DNA of 48,416 nucleotides, filler included, from Streblomastix strix (lineage: Eukaryota), in the NCBI GenBank assembly GCA_008636045.1. It is 2 parts of 2 records of this genome, joined end to end, with 100 filler letters (N's around TTAATTAATTAA, not from the genome) between each part and the next. Parts side by side here need not be neighbours in the genome. Positions count along the whole stretch, not along the records: positions 1 to 24,164 come from SNRW01000245.1; 1 more part is not named here. One strand, given 5' to 3'. The notes beneath the pieces are model-generated. The model made no database searches. It saw only the letters and a program-made list of their open reading frames with translations, and had not been told where the DNA came from. Made by a program: the position numbers and the translations under genes. Positions within the stretch are counted from its first letter, which is position 1, and each line of letters starts with the position of its first letter. Positions 1 to 14,614 of this stretch are shown here, piece by piece.

Positions 1-2
1 TA

Positions 3-630
3 AAGAATGCGACTACCGCAGAAGAGAGGGCATAAGCAGAGAGAGAAATTCAGAAAGCTAGAGCTGCAGTCAAAGGATAAGGATGGAGAGGTTCAGTTCA
101 TAGGATTGAAACTAAGATTGAGAAGATAATTAATGAATAAAAGAATGAATAATAGAACAAGTTTGAATAGAATTTTGAGAATAATAATGATTAGAATCAG
201 ATCGAATAGAATATTAGTTTGGTTGATTAATTGAATAGCACTGAAGGAGAATTGAGTATTGATATTGAAAGTAGGAATGTTGGTAATAAAAACAAAAAAA
301 CTCGGATTCAAGTTGGATAAGATGTGTGCTTTCGATGTGGGAGAGCGGGGCATAAGTCAAAAGAATGCACATTTGAGGCATTTATTATATATTAATAATT
401 TATTTTAATTATAATAAAATTATTCTATTTATATGTTTTATTTTTATTATTTATTATTGTTCTTATTTAATTTAATTTTATTATCTATTATTGTTTTTTG
501 TTTGTTTGTTATTATATAGGACAATCGTATATGTTATATTTGCGGTCAATTTGGACATGTAGTAAAAAAATGTCCAACGAACCAGAAGTTGAGAGAAGAA
601 AAGAAAAAAATGCGATAAGCGAAAAAATGA
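3..630 (+). CDS. 3' part of a host gene with two CCHC zinc knuckles (exons <3-377 and 520-630)
   Basis: With TAR=Gln, frame 3 reads ...VCFRCGRAGHKSKECTFE. After an AT-rich intron (378-519, GC...TAG) it continues DNRICYICGQFGHVVKKCP to TGA at 628-630. Both match CX2CX4HX4C. Confidence 0.75.
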
Positions 631-2268
631 GATTCGTTCATTATCTTGAGTGACAGAGTGTAATATATTTAAGTTATATATTTATATATGCAATTCAGTC
701 CTTTTTGGAAATTGTTACTTTAACAGTTTAATTATGGGAATAACAATTTAATTATTGAAACAATTTAGAATTTTTTTCTGGATTTAATTTATTTTTAAAA
801 AACTGATATAATTTATTCATATCAATCTAATTAACAATGATTTTTTTTAAATTTATTTTTAAATTATCAATTGTAAGCTATTAATATATATAAACTAGGG
901 CTATTAAATTTCGTCAAATTCGTCCGCAGAGACCATCTTTCTGTGCAAAATTCGTAAAATTAAATTTATAAAAATTATAATTAAAAATTAATAAAAATTT
1001 CTTGAATGAAGATACAATACTTTTCAAATTCTGTTATAATTAATATATATTTATTATTTATAGAAATAAATTAAAGTTATATATAAATTATTTATTTGGG
1101 AATGATTTTTCATAAAAATGAAAGAAAATTGGAGTAATTAATTTACTATTTTTTCTCAAGAACTTCATTTTTATATTACTTATATATTATTCATCTGATT
1201 ATTGTAATTGATAAAATAATTATTAGTAACGATCAAAAAATTAGTTATATTCAGTGATTTCGCGATTTTCGCGGAAAATTTCCTCGCCGCGATCGCGGAT
1301 CAATTAAATTCTCGTGAATTCATAAAATTTCGATTCTTTCCATGAATTCTAAGTTTTTTTAAATGCTAGATTTCAGAATAATAAATATCATAAAATAATA
1401 TAGTAAAGATTGTATAATGGAAAATAAAATTTAAGTCAATTACAACGAAAAAAGTGATAAATCAAAAATCAAATAAGATCAAATATTATAATAAATGGTT
1501 ATATCTATCTTATTTATTTATTAACTATTAGTGAGTCGGTATCATTTATTGAAGATATTAGTTTAAATTAACGTATATATTTAAGGAGTAATCGGCTATT
1601 TCGCTTTTCCGCGAAGCAAGTAATTTCGCAGAAAACTTAAAATTTAAAACATAACTATGAATTTTACATTCATGCAATTTATTTTCTATTTTTACCCTCT
1701 CAACTCACAAAATTAAATATATTTGAAATTGTAAATCTTACATTTTACAATGAAATATTTCAAAATTAAATTTTGAGATGTTTTACATCATAAAATTATA
1801 TATTCTCTTATAAAACAGTTATTTTTTAATATTAATAGTATTTATTTATAATTTGTTAATTTTTAAATTAAATATAAACTTTCTCATTTAAAAAACATCA
1901 ATTTAATATAATATCTAAAATTTTGCATAAAATATGAGTTTATTTATCTAAAATATATCAGTTTGCATATAATTATTAAATTTAGATGATAGTTCACATA
2001 AATTTCATCAATAATTAAAAAAATTTAATTGATTTGATAATTTTATTTTTTTAAAAGTAATAATTTAATTTTGAACAAATATCAAATTTTATTTTGATAT
2101 TTTTTTAGTAAAATTTATTTTATATTATTGTTTGAATTACAACAATTAAGATTTACTCAAAAATTTATTATTATTTCAATTTAAAAAACCTAAACATATA
2201 AATATTTTATTTTATTTATTTTTCGAACATATTTTTATACAAAAATATAAATTTAACTATTTTTTAGA

Positions 2269-3582
2269 ATGAGAGTTAAAGTAAAATTGCAATTTAGTCA
2301 TTTATACAAATTTGATTTGGAATTAGATGCCATGATTAAAGAATTAAAACTAAGATAGCAAGACTAATATTGGTTGGACCCAGATAGAGTCACAATTTTG
2401 TTTTGAAGGTCAATTTGTTAAGATGAATCGAAATTAAATGAAATTGGAGTCGCAAATTAAAAGTTTTTATTCAATTAAATTATTTCTTTTTAATTTTATT
2501 TTGGAAATTATGCTTTTATAAAATCAGCCAAAAAAACAAAAATAATCAAATAAAGAGAAATTAGCGGAAAATGATAATCATAGAAAGATGATGAAGATGA
2601 AGAATAAGAAAAATAAATTAAAGCATATGAAACTTATGATATTGATTCTAATATAACATAAATTTTTATTTGTGAATATATTGCGCTGTTGTTATAATAG
2701 GAAAAATAGGAGGAAGAAGATAATATTAATTGCAAAAATTAGATTCAAAATATTGATTCTTAAGATTTTGATAAAGAGATTTATTAAATAGGGAAAATAG
2801 TTGAAAATGATACATAAAATATTAATTCTGAAGATGATGATGATGATGATGATGATGATGAAATTGAAATTAATGTGAAAGATAAAGTGGATATATATTT
2901 TAAAGGAAAAAATAAATTATACAGGTAGCGACAAGAGAAAGAAGTTGATCATGTAGATGATAGTCATTTGTATTTAAGAAATATAGTTTAAAGGGAAGTA
3001 TGCTAAAGATAAGTTGCAAAAATCAACTTATATCGTAATTATAATTTAGAATAATCTTCATTTCAAATAACTGAATCTTAACTATTTCCAAATATCCTGC
3101 TAATATAATCATAATTATTTTAAAAATAATTTTAATCAAGTTCGTTGGATATTATTGCTAAAATTTTCTGCCCGTCAGCACTTGAAAAATATCAAACAAT
3201 TCAATAAATCGATTGGAAGAAAGTGATATATGATTATTTATTAATATTTTCATCATAAATATATGGATTAAATTTAGATGACTAGATTATATAAAATTTG
3301 ATAATATAAACAAACGAATTTTGGTCCAAGAAGGATTATACATAAATTTATCACGCTTCTAGTATGAAAATAAATGCCGACTAATTTAGGAAAGATTACA
3401 AGAAAAGCGGCATAAATTAATCAAAAAAATAATCAACTATTGCTTTAATACTAATAAACACTATTGCATCTGAAACAGAATGCGAATGCGTATTTTCTTC
3501 TATCAAAAAGAAAATTGTCGATAGACGATTTTCATTATTGATTACTCGCCTTCTTTCTCATGTAAGAGCTTAGTATATATGA
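2269..3582 (+). pseudogene. hAT-superfamily transposase remnant (acidic insertion plus C-terminal dimerisation-like region)
   Basis: Long TAR=Gln frame with an internal TGA at 2404. C-terminus IASETECECVFSSIKKKIVDRRFSL resembles the hAT dimerisation motif (AS...ERxFS...RRxxL). Confidence 0.6.
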
Positions 3583-5239
3583 AAAAATTTTGTAATATAA
3601 TTAATTATATATAATAAATATTTAATCATTTTAATGTCTGTTTGTAGTTTAATTTCATTTTAAACATTTAAATATATAACACTTGCTAATTTAATTCAAA
3701 CTTGTTCTAGTGAATTAAGTTTTATTCAGTTTATTTATTCAACAATGCAATCCTATAATCATATTGAACCAAAATAAAACTAATTTATTGATTAAAAAAA
3801 TATAAGAATAAATTAAATTTTGAATAGAAATAATTGATAGGTAAATAGATAATTTAACGATCAACTACTAAATATTATTTCAGTGAAAATTCAATCCCTC
3901 AATCTGAGAAAAACACAAGATTTTTATTTTTTAAGAGAATTATATTTAATTATCAATCCTAAGTAGTTGAGAGTTAAAATATAAAAAGATTGCTTAAAAT
4001 TTATAATTACTCCTATCAAATAATTATATTCATTGAGGAATATTACATATATTACCATTTAGAAGTAATAATTTGAAATGAAAATAAATGGAAATTAAAG
4101 CAACAGGTATGATCTGTTTAATTTAATAATTACAAAAAAATAAAAGTAAATTTATCTATATTATTAAAAAATATTATTAATATAATAAAATTATTAATTA
4201 ACTATCATGCATAACTCTCTGGCTATTGTCGCATAGATGATATTTAATTATTCCCAGAAACATCATGCTTCTAGTTTTCAAGAATTCAATTGTCTCATAT
4301 TCTTTCATATAATTTAAATATGAATATTTATTATGTAAGTTGTTATATTTCTCTTTAATTATTGAACTAATCTTTTCTTGTTTTTATGTGATTAGATATT
4401 TATCTTTATTCATCTGTGGAACAAATGTAATTCCTGCTATATCACGGACATATTCTGAAATATCATCATGAGTGTTATATTATTTCGTATTTTAGTTTGA
4501 CAATCGAGCAGTTTGAATTATTTTAAGAAAAAGCGAGAGTTAGTAACAGTAATCGCTGCTTTTTAATTATGTTTCATATTGTACAAATTTTATAGAATAA
4601 AGGAGTTTATTAAAAAATATTAATTTAATATAGATAAATTCACAATAATAGTGGCTAAAACTCCAAAAAAAGACTTGCTGAATTAGTTATATTCTGATAG
4701 TTTAAAATTGAATTTCAAACGTAAATAGAATTTAATTTGAATTTTTTGATCTTGAATTTGGTGTCGGATACACACTATAACTTCAAGTTAATGATATTCA
4801 TATCTGTATGACCCGAAATAAAAATAAAATTGATATAAATTTTGAAAACATCATAGTTCACCAGTTGCGAACTAAAAATGAACCTTTTTTAATTAATAAT
4901 TTATTTTATGATAAATTTGTATATTTATTACATTATCTGTGAAATTCTGATATTTGTTAAATCCAGACATTTAAGAATGATTTTTCCGGAAGATGTCACT
5001 ACTAAATATGTTTATAATATACAAGTTTAAAATTAAAATGATATATGAATAATTTATAGACAAGCTAGTTATTGAGTAAAAAATGAAAAAAATTTTGAAT
5101 TTAGAATTTAGCATTTATTGTATTTTATAATAAAAAATATACTTTAATAAAATATTCTTTTTGTATATTAAAATTTAACTAAATTTTTGAACTTTATTTA
5201 GATTAATTAAAATTTTTGTTTTTAAAAATTAAGGGTAAA

Positions 5240-6062
5240 ATGGTAAAACATCTCTTAAGTGTCGAGAAAGGTATCGCTTTAGCAAAAGACATTTTAGAAT
5301 TAAAAGAGTCCTTTCCAAAAGATACTTTAATTATCAAAATAGTTCGATATTTCACATAAGAGCAGATAACTAGGTGATATTTTTTGGATTCGTTTCCAAC
5401 TCATTGTACCTCCATTGGTTCTGCAATAAGAGCTTTTAAGGCCACAAGAGATATAAGAGTGATATGCCGATTACCAATTTTAAATGTGAAGGAAACTAAG
5501 CATTTGTTAGCAAGAATTGAGGAGAAAAATAATGCAGGGGCAAATTTTGGCACAGATGGTATAGATAAAATGTGTAAAGATATTTTAATTAATAAAATTA
5601 AACAGGAAAATAAAAATGCAATATATGCAAATATCGAAATTCAAATTTCAATATTCCATAGTTGTAACTTTCGAAATAAATAAAAAAGATTAAAAAAGGA
5701 AATAATGTCGATAAGAAAACTAATAAGAATAAATGTATAGTGTTAGGAAGCAATTAAACCATAGCCTGATGCTCTATAAAAATTCCATAAAGATAATAAT
5801 TATGAAGCAGCTCTGATATTTAATCATGATGAAACTCCTATTTTATTAGCATCTAATTAGAGATAATTAATATATTTCATTGAAGGATATTTTCCTTCAC
5901 CTCTTCCAGATCATCCAAGAATTCCTAATGCGACTATTCATCCATGTGTATCATCCATAGATAGCTATCTCATCATATTTCTCATTTTGCTTTCTAAGAC
6001 AGTTCCTCAAGAATTAAAAGAACTCTAGACAAATATTATCTAAATTATTTATGAAAGAGTTG
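5240..6062 (+). pseudogene. degenerate pogo/Tigger-like (DDE_1) transposase, 3' truncated
   Basis: Frame from ATG 5240 with an internal TGA near 5375. Contains LIFNHDETP (cf. pogo IFNxDETG) followed by a T-hydrophobic-C segment. No later catalytic motifs visible. Confidence 0.5.
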
Positions 6063-8342
6063 GAATAAGACATTATAGATCTAAGAAATTACTGCTGATA
6101 CAAATAGGATGAAGTTTGAATTAATGGTTGCAGATAACTAGATAGAATTTTTAGATTTAAACTTACTGATTTATATTAAAATGAAATTAACCAAGAAAAA
6201 TAATTTCATTTTTTTTAATTATTATTAAATATTTTACATATTATATTTTAAAAATCCATTTAATGCTCATCGTCATATTTTTATTTTTTAATAAAATTTA
6301 AATTTAAGCAAAAAAATTTGAAATTGGGCATTAAAGACAAACAAGAACAATAACCTTTTGTTAATTTTGACATGAGTAATTAAATATTTTTGTTTTTTCA
6401 TTATTTCTTTAAATCTAGGTGTTACAAACTGACAAACGGATTTGATGGATCCGCTCGAAGCTATTTTGTCCTAAGACAGATTTTTTTTCTGTGAAAGAAT
6501 AAAAAAAAGTCAATAAAAATTATTTTTGCTAAATTTCAAAATTTTAATACTTATAATTATGACAAAAATTTATAATTAATAGACATTAAATATTAAATTT
6601 GTACAATTTATTATATAATAATTTAACAGATATGTCTTGGTATAAAAACTATCAAAAAAATTTCTCATAAAAATGGAAAGATTATTAACATTCAATTTAT
6701 AAAAAATGTGAATAAAATAATATAGTTGTTATTTTATTTTTATATATACAAAAAATTAATTAAATATTTACTAATCTCAATCAATTTTTATATTCAAAAA
6801 TCATGCTTAGGAGAATATTCCTCATATTTACAAAATTGAATATATATTATTAAAATAAATCAATTTGTACTAAAAAATTACGTAATTAATATTCATAATT
6901 AAATAAAATTAGACATTATAATGAATGAAAATGCGGAAAAAATTTTCAAAAATAAATATTCAAGCCCCTTCTTTCCATTGATATGCAAACATGATATATT
7001 CTAGTGTTACAGTCTAAAATTAATAAATATAATAAATTTAAATTAAAATAACTAAGTTTTAAATTATATAAATGATGAAATCGAGAAAATAAAGAAAAAA
7101 TCTGATATTTATCTTTCAGCCAATTAAAGATCTAAATTGTCATTTTTGGCTTATGAATAAATTATTAATGTATAACTTGATACTCGCAAGTTTTTGATGT
7201 GATTCATTTATATTATTTAAAAAATTATCTAGAAACAGAACATAATTTTTTTGCAAAAAAAAATTTCAAATTTAAGAAATAAAACAAGAATTCCGTATTA
7301 TTTGATTTATATTTGAATATATATATAAAATTTTTAAAAGTATAAGATTGAAGTTATACTTTTATCTAAGAAAGATGATATTTTCAATAGATACAATTTT
7401 TACGAGCAGTACTACCATCAGAATATTTGTAATTTGGTTTGGAAACTTATTTGTTTTCATTTTTTACTTATTTAAATCATATTTATTAAAAATTAACAAA
7501 TACTTATATTTCACTGCTTCAGAACATATGAGTTCAGCTAAAATTTTTCTGAAAAAAATAGACTTTTGTACACTTATAATATTTCATCCATAAAAATATA
7601 TTTAATGAATTAAATTATTCAAATTTTACTTAGATAGTTCATTGTTTTTCTAGCTTTTAACAGAGATAAATTTTTTTATAATATTTTTCAATCATAAAAT
7701 TGTTCTCAGTATTCAAGGTTTAAATTTTATTTTTTTTATTATTTTCATAATAACAAATTTATATTCATATATATTATATTCGAATTAAATATTTTAACTT
7801 AAGTTTGATCAACACATTTAGTTTTTAATTTTTTATATAATCACTCATAAAATATTAAATTATTATAATAATTTTATAAACATAAAATTATAATAATTTT
7901 AAATTTTTCAAAATATAGATATAAATTAACATTAATAGCTTGTAAACTTCTAGTTGAATTTTCAAATTTAAATTTTCAATTTATTTTTAAATGTAATCAT
8001 TCATACTTCAATTATTTACATTTTTCATCTGTAAGTATTTATTTTAAACCAAATAAATTTATTTTTTTAAGCACTATTTTTTCAATAATTGATTTTTTTA
8101 AGAAAAAATTATTAAATTATCTTTTTATCTTTATCTTTCTATTATTTTTTCAATTCATAAAGATATCATATATGTAGATATATACTTAATATTAAAGTTC
8201 TTACTTAAGAAGCTATGCCAGCTTAATATACTGCATTTTGTGACAAATTCACAAATGATATAAATGATTTTTTTGGAGATATTATAATATTTTATTTATT
8301 TACTTATTTATTTTATATCTTTATGTTTTTATTATGTAAGTC

Positions 8343-9790
8343 ATGAATGGTTAGTAGACGTAATAGCTGCAAATCTTGCTGTAATATTCATTCTATTATG
8401 GACAATAATATTTCAATGTTGTGGCATGATCTATATACGGATATTTATAATAGCAGCCATCATTCTTATATTCATTACTAGATTCTGATTTCTGATATAT
8501 GAATTTATCCATAAAGTAGATCATCTTCAAACATAGAAGACTTGCAGCATAGTTAATGTAGTTGTTGGAGATATTCTAACTATATCTGATATTATATTTA
8601 TTCTCATCATTATCTTCTTAAGATCTAGAATCAACTTAGCTTTTTCTTATCATTAGTGCTTAGAAATTCTTTAAAAAATTCAATATCATTCGTATTTGTA
8701 TCACTCAGCTAAATCCTTATATTGCTGATTGTAAGTTCTTTATTCAAAGTAATATTCATTTATTATTGTTCTATTGCCGAGATCGGTATTGAAGTAAGTT
8801 GCTATGATTTGACATTCAGTAAAGTTACAGATTTGTCCTTCTAATTACTTTCTTCTTATTGATCTTATAAGTTATATTCTCCCAAGTTGCAATGGATTAA
8901 GTAATAATTTCTAGAGTTGAAGCATCATTCGATTTCAGTTGAACAGCTGGTGATCGTCCTGGTTTCTTAATAGCTTTAACACTCAAAACTATTCCATTCC
9001 ATCATTTAGTATCATTAACTATCGATTCATGCATTATATATTTGTGATTACATGAATCAGAGCAATTTAAATGCTTCTTATTTTTACTATAATGCTGTTT
9101 GGGATGCCTTCAGAGGATGCATGAGTTTCTAACATCAAATATGTATGAATAATAATTTAGAATTAATATTATATTTAATAAATTTATATGTACCATTATA
9201 GTGTTGCATTGTAATGATGAATCATGGAAAAGGTTTCTTCCATTCAGCAATTGATGCATTGAAGTTACTTTTTCATAACCCATTGCGAACATTTATTATC
9301 ATTAAAATAGATGGATTCATCATAGTAATTGGAATATTTGCATCATCACTTCTCTCAATCTTATTTTCATTCATCACCATACATCTTGATTTCATTGGAG
9401 ATAAAGAATATTCATCTCCTGTTCATGTATTCTATTGGTAGTTGATTATATTAGTCTATTTCATTATTGCATTTGCTGTTAGTTACATGTTCTTGAATAT
9501 ACTCAACTACCTAGTTTATGTCATATTCATGTGTTTCTTATAAGGTTTAATAATAATATAATATAACTATATATTAAATAATTATTTATTATTAATTCAT
9601 TTTAATTCTAATTGATATCATATGTATATATTATTTAAATGAAGAAATGTCATCGTCAGGTAAACGTGAATACAGAACATTTGGTTCAAATGATTTAATA
9701 GCTAATATGAGTAGAGTAGTTGTAGATTATGAGATGAAAAAGAATGAAAGTTAATCAAAGAGAGTGGAACCAGTTATTGTTGATTAATGA
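8343..9790 (+). pseudogene. choline transporter-like (CTL/SLC44 family) gene, degenerate
   Basis: Segments CCLGCLQRMHEFLTSN, HGKGFFHSAIDALKLLFHNPLR and VIFMCFL parallel the CTL C-terminal motifs (CCLWCLEKFIKFLN; YGKNFC.SA.DAF.LL.RN; LFLCF). Internal TGAs and frameshifts; boundaries approximate. Confidence 0.6.
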
Positions 9791-10339
9791 ATAGAATGAT
9801 AAATATATGAAGAAATGAAACGATTGAATGAATGACTAAATGAGAAATATAACATATATTAAGAAAATTGTTAAGCTCTAATTTAAATTTTTGGAAATAT
9901 TTTATTTAAATGAGTTTAATGTCTATTTAAATTTTTTAATTCACTTAATTTTTATTTTATAATCCTTTATTAATTTCAATTTCAAACTTTTCTTGGATTA
10001 TACAATTAATCTTTCATAATCATAATTGTTTAGCTCATGCTACTTGTAAATCAAATATATTTATCCTATCTTAGAATTGGAAATTGCAGAAGTATTTAAT
10101 TTGTTTTAAATTAATTGAAAAAAAATATTCAATTGAAGTAATTTAACTAAAGAATTTTGTATGTAAGTTTATTAAACAATGAGATATATCAAAGAAGTAT
10201 TGATATGTATGACGTTTTAGAGATTTGAAATAGGTACTGTTTAAATGTTAAAATAAAATAAATTTAATTGTAAAATATCTCATATAAATAAATTTAAATT
10301 CTCATCATAATTGGTATAATTCTTTGATTCACTCTTCCA

Positions 10340-10694
10340 ATATCATCATTATTTCTCTAACATTTGAGTATTGATTAACATTTGATCAATACTCACTATA
10401 CTTACGAATGTAGTAAGTAAATAATTGCATTATTTGGATTTGCCATTAGATTCTTTGGTGAATTTAGCTTCAATAACTGACCATCGTATAATAACATGAT
10501 TCATTCAATGAAAACAATAGTGTTCAGTCTATATGGTAGCACAAATATAGTGTTATCTTCAAATTGTTCCTTCAATGACTTGCGGATCTTTGCACCTGTT
10601 CCAAACATTCACTTATACCATAGCTTCACCCATATCAACAATTCAATAATTATTCAAAATAGCTCTTCAAAAGCTTACTGGCTTTTCCAGTACT
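10340..10694 (-). pseudogene. C-terminal fragment of an ABCC/MRP-type ABC transporter
   Basis: Minus strand reads KIRKSLKEQFEDNTIFVLPYRLNTIVFIE*IMLLYDGQLLKLNSPKNLMANPN, similar to the ABCC NBD2 tail (IREEF.DCTVLTIAHRLNTI...VL..G....SP.NLL.NP), with stops. Confidence 0.55.
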
Positions 10695-12909
10695 GAGAAA
10701 AATGTAAAAATAAAAAAGAATCAAAATTTACTTTTAATGAAACTGAGAGATATAATTCTTTATAAATGTTATTCAAATTTATCAGAAATAATAATAATAA
10801 TAATAATTTAATAATAGTTCAAATAAGACGATTAAATTGCTTAGATCAAAAATATATGAAAACTTTCAAAAAAAATTATAATTCTTTTTATCTCTATATA
10901 TGTATAATAAAACATAAAGATTATAATGTAAATAAATTATAATACTTTAAATTTCAAAAAAAAGTAATAAAAATATAGATTATATAGATTGATATGTTAA
11001 TATTGAAATATTAGCTTTTACTGCATTGTTTGAATTTAATGTGTTATAGAAAATTATTCAATGGTAGATTTTGATGAATTGGTTGTAATTATATTATCAA
11101 ACAATCAAATTAGATAATATATAATTATTGTAAATTTATCAATTCTCAAAATGGAGTCATAATTTTTCATCTTTATTAGGAGCTCATAAAACAATATAGT
11201 TTCAATATAAATTTTAATTATTTTAAATTGTAGAATTGATTTTTATAGACGAAATATTATACGTATACAAGAGTCAGAGCAACTTTAGCTGAACCTATAT
11301 GCGAAAAATTAATGATGTTAAAAGCATATTTCTACTAAAGCTACATATCCATACACATTGAAAATAATAGAGGTTTTTTTTTGAATATTTTAAATTTCGA
11401 TTAAAAATTTAACTATTTATTTATAATTACAATCTATCATGAAATTAGATTTGCAAGAAAAAGTTGTAGCTATAATCGATTCATTTTTGCCAAATTATAA
11501 GTTTTTACATTTTTTTTTATTTAATCTTGTAAAACATTTCAAATAAACATAAATTTAATAAATTATTAATGTATTAAAAATTCTAGCAATATTTTCTAAT
11601 TTTCTGTTCTAATTTTGTTCCTGATAACATTTAAATGTAACCGTAAATATATTTTATTAAATTTTTTCAATAAAGTAAGTTTCGAAAAAATGAAACATAT
11701 TTAAACAATTAAATATGTTAAATAACATCAAATTTTTTTTTCGGATCCAGATATTATTGAATATTCAAATATCCTTAAATAGCTTAATTTGAACGGGGAA
11801 CCCCAAAATTTTTAACTCATTATAAATATTTAACCCTTTAAGGGTATTTCGCTTTTTCTTGAAATCTCTAACCGGACCAAAAAGGCGAAAACCCAGATTT
11901 TCTCTTAAAGTTTGTCATTTTTGTTATCATCACAAGAGCAAGTATGTAGAATATATTTTCACTGGTATGAAAAAGGCAAAAATTGTTTGATGTATGGTTC
12001 AAATGCACTTTTTAGACATAAAACTATATCAAAAGTGTTTTTTCAACGATTTATTTGTCGTCAGCTTTTCCCCGGCCTTAAATATATTATTTTAATTGTT
12101 AAAAAAATGTGCTCAATATTTCTTTAAATCTTTTAAAAATTTGGAAATTTAAATTAAATTATAATTTTCTGGTCTGTGGGAATGAGCAGTGTGAATCCAA
12201 CTTAGTTGGGAAGGATAATAGAAAATATTTAGGAATCATTTTTGTGAATCAATAGAACTAAGTTACAATTACTGAATTAGCATCTAATATTATCGTTTTT
12301 ACTGCTTTAGTCACAATTACTAGTCTAAATAAAAATGGAATAACCTATAAAATTGCAATTTATTTTTATTTGATCAATTTTTATTCCGCAAACCAATCAG
12401 AATAAAAATGTGTGCCTTATTATTCGACAACACCAAAACACTTCCAAAAGAAGAAGTATTATTTGGGCCCAAGTATGCTACATTACATTTTACAGATATT
12501 TTCTTGATTTTTGTATTTTTGCGATTTCTCTTTTAAAGGAGGTTAACAGTTGCTCTTTTTATTATTTTAGTTTTAGAACTGCTACTATGAGTGACATGAG
12601 CTAGATTAGTGCACATTCTTCCAGTGGGAAGGAGAGTTGACACGATTTTTCACAAATTCGTGTCAATCACATAACTCTGTAACAAATTTTAGATTAATTC
12701 TCAATATCATACTTTTTACATATATTATCTTACTTATTATTCCAAATAAAGACGAATAGCACATAAAATTTACTATTTTTTTATTTTTATTTATTTATGT
12801 TAAAGAACTGTAAATTTTTGTTGAATTTTTGTTTCAGTTTTGCTTGAATATTAATTATAATATAATAAATTTTATTACTAATTTGAAATTAGAGTTAATT
12901 TTCTTTAGC

Positions 12910-13620
12910 ATTCAACTGGATCATGAAGTATTACGAGATTGAAGAAGCGCAATTACACAATACTAATATCATATTTTAAATTTCTGATTTCATACGATCA
13001 GCAATTAATTATTCTACAATTACTTCAACATTGTTTACGGCGTATATGTCAGCGAAGTCTGTTTTAGATGATATATGTGTGTTTAATCCTATTGACCTTG
13101 TTCAAATCAATTTATATATTGCAAACATCTCCAGCATATATCCCAATGAAGATAGTTCTAGCACTACGACCATTATCACATCAGGTTTAGCATTTGATTC
13201 ATTACTTGATCCAGACTAAATAGTTCCAGATGCAGTAATATACTAACTATAAGGACAATTATAAGGTATCATCCTGTAAACAACGAAGTTGTTATGAAAG
13301 ATCCAATTATGGATATGTATTTTAATTAACTTCAATGATCTCTGTTTTAATATCTGTTTCCCATGATGATATTCCGTCTTTTAACCAAGAGGTAAATAAA
13401 GCAGCTTATTGAAGCACAGTTTTAGATCCACATAAAAATACACTGCTGAATTATGGATCTGTATTTTAATTAACTTCAATGATCATTGATATACTACCAA
13501 ACTTGTTCATATAGTATTAGCTTTCCATTACATACGAATACTTATCTGGTGGAGTACAGTCATATTAGTTGTGTATTTGTGAATGTGCCTTGAATGAAAT
13601 ATCAGTGGAGTCTTTGGTAA
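12910..13620 (-). pseudogene. possible papain-family (C1A) protease relic with an internal 36-bp duplication
   Basis: Weak: FSSVFLCGSKTVLQQAALFTSWLKDGISSW loosely recalls the C1A C-terminal region, but no intact catalytic motif. A 36-bp direct repeat occurs at 13305-13340 and 13449-13484 (1 mismatch). Confidence 0.25.
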
Positions 13621-14068
13621 TTGAAATAAATAATCTTTATATAACATTTTATATGTAAATAGAAAATAAATATTAAATAATCAAATCAATATAAACATTT
13701 GTTGTTGATAAAAATAAAAATCAATTAAACAAGGGAATTTTAAGCTCATTCAATTCAAAATTTGCCGAATTAGCAAAATATCAATTAATATTAACCAAAA
13801 TATTCAATTATTAAAGGATATATTATCGAAATACTCGAGTTTGCTAATTTTAAACAAATTGATGGTTATAAGTCATATAAACCTAAAATATAATGTCTAT
13901 TCACAATTTGAAACAACATTTTCTCAATAATTATAAATTAAAATTTGCGTAGCTAACTATAAATGAAAATGAAATAAAAATACGAAAATCCTCGTCTAAA
14001 TTTACTTTATGATGTTTATTATCTTATTATATATTTTATTTCTATTAACTGTCATAGATAATTGCGTT

Positions 14069-14614
14069 ATGGCATCAAGTTATTGCTCTGTTATTCAAGA
14101 AAAAAGCGATTAAAATTAATAAACAGAGTCTTCTGATTCTTGCAACATCGAAACCAAATCATCGAATATTGATTGCCAAACTAGTTAACAAGAATAGATT
14201 ATTATATAGAAACTTGTAACAATTGTTTGCGACGCTATTCCTGGAGCTAATGAATTCATATCGTATACTAGAATTAAACTATTCCTATAATAACTTTAAC
14301 AGAAAGCAGATTTGCATCTTGAAGAATGCATAACAGCAATGGCGCTTCTTCATAAATTCATTATAAAGGAATAGTAGAAGGATGCACAAGTTCTTCGAGT
14401 GAGTAATGTTGGAACATTGATCATAGTTTCATTTATCTTAGCAATGAAATTAAATAGAGACAGAATTCCCAATAATAGATTCTTTGCGAATTTATTTTGT
14501 GTTTCAATTGCTAATTTGAATCTATCAGAGATTAGTTTTCTTCAAATTATTGATTTTGAACTTGGATTAACTGAAATTTATTCATTGTATGAAGTTAATC
14601 CAAAATATTAATGA
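14069..14614 (+). CDS. cyclin of the PHO80/Pcl-like type (181 aa)
   Basis: Open with TAR=Gln from ATG 14069 to TGA 14612-14614. Cyclin-box pattern LIIVSFILAMKLNRDRIPNNRFFANLFCVSIANLNLSEISFLQIIDFEL. Confidence 0.75.

Noticed and set aside
2832..2860. (GAT)n microsatellite; also (AAT)n near 10788-10808
   Set aside because: Poly-Asp coding tract and ordinary low-complexity sequence.
4200..4560. Coding-like stretch on the minus strand
   Set aside because: No clear start, stop or recognisable motif to support a call.
13280..13292. ACAACGAAGTTGT hairpin similar to those in element A
   Set aside because: Single short occurrence in an unrelated context; plausibly chance.
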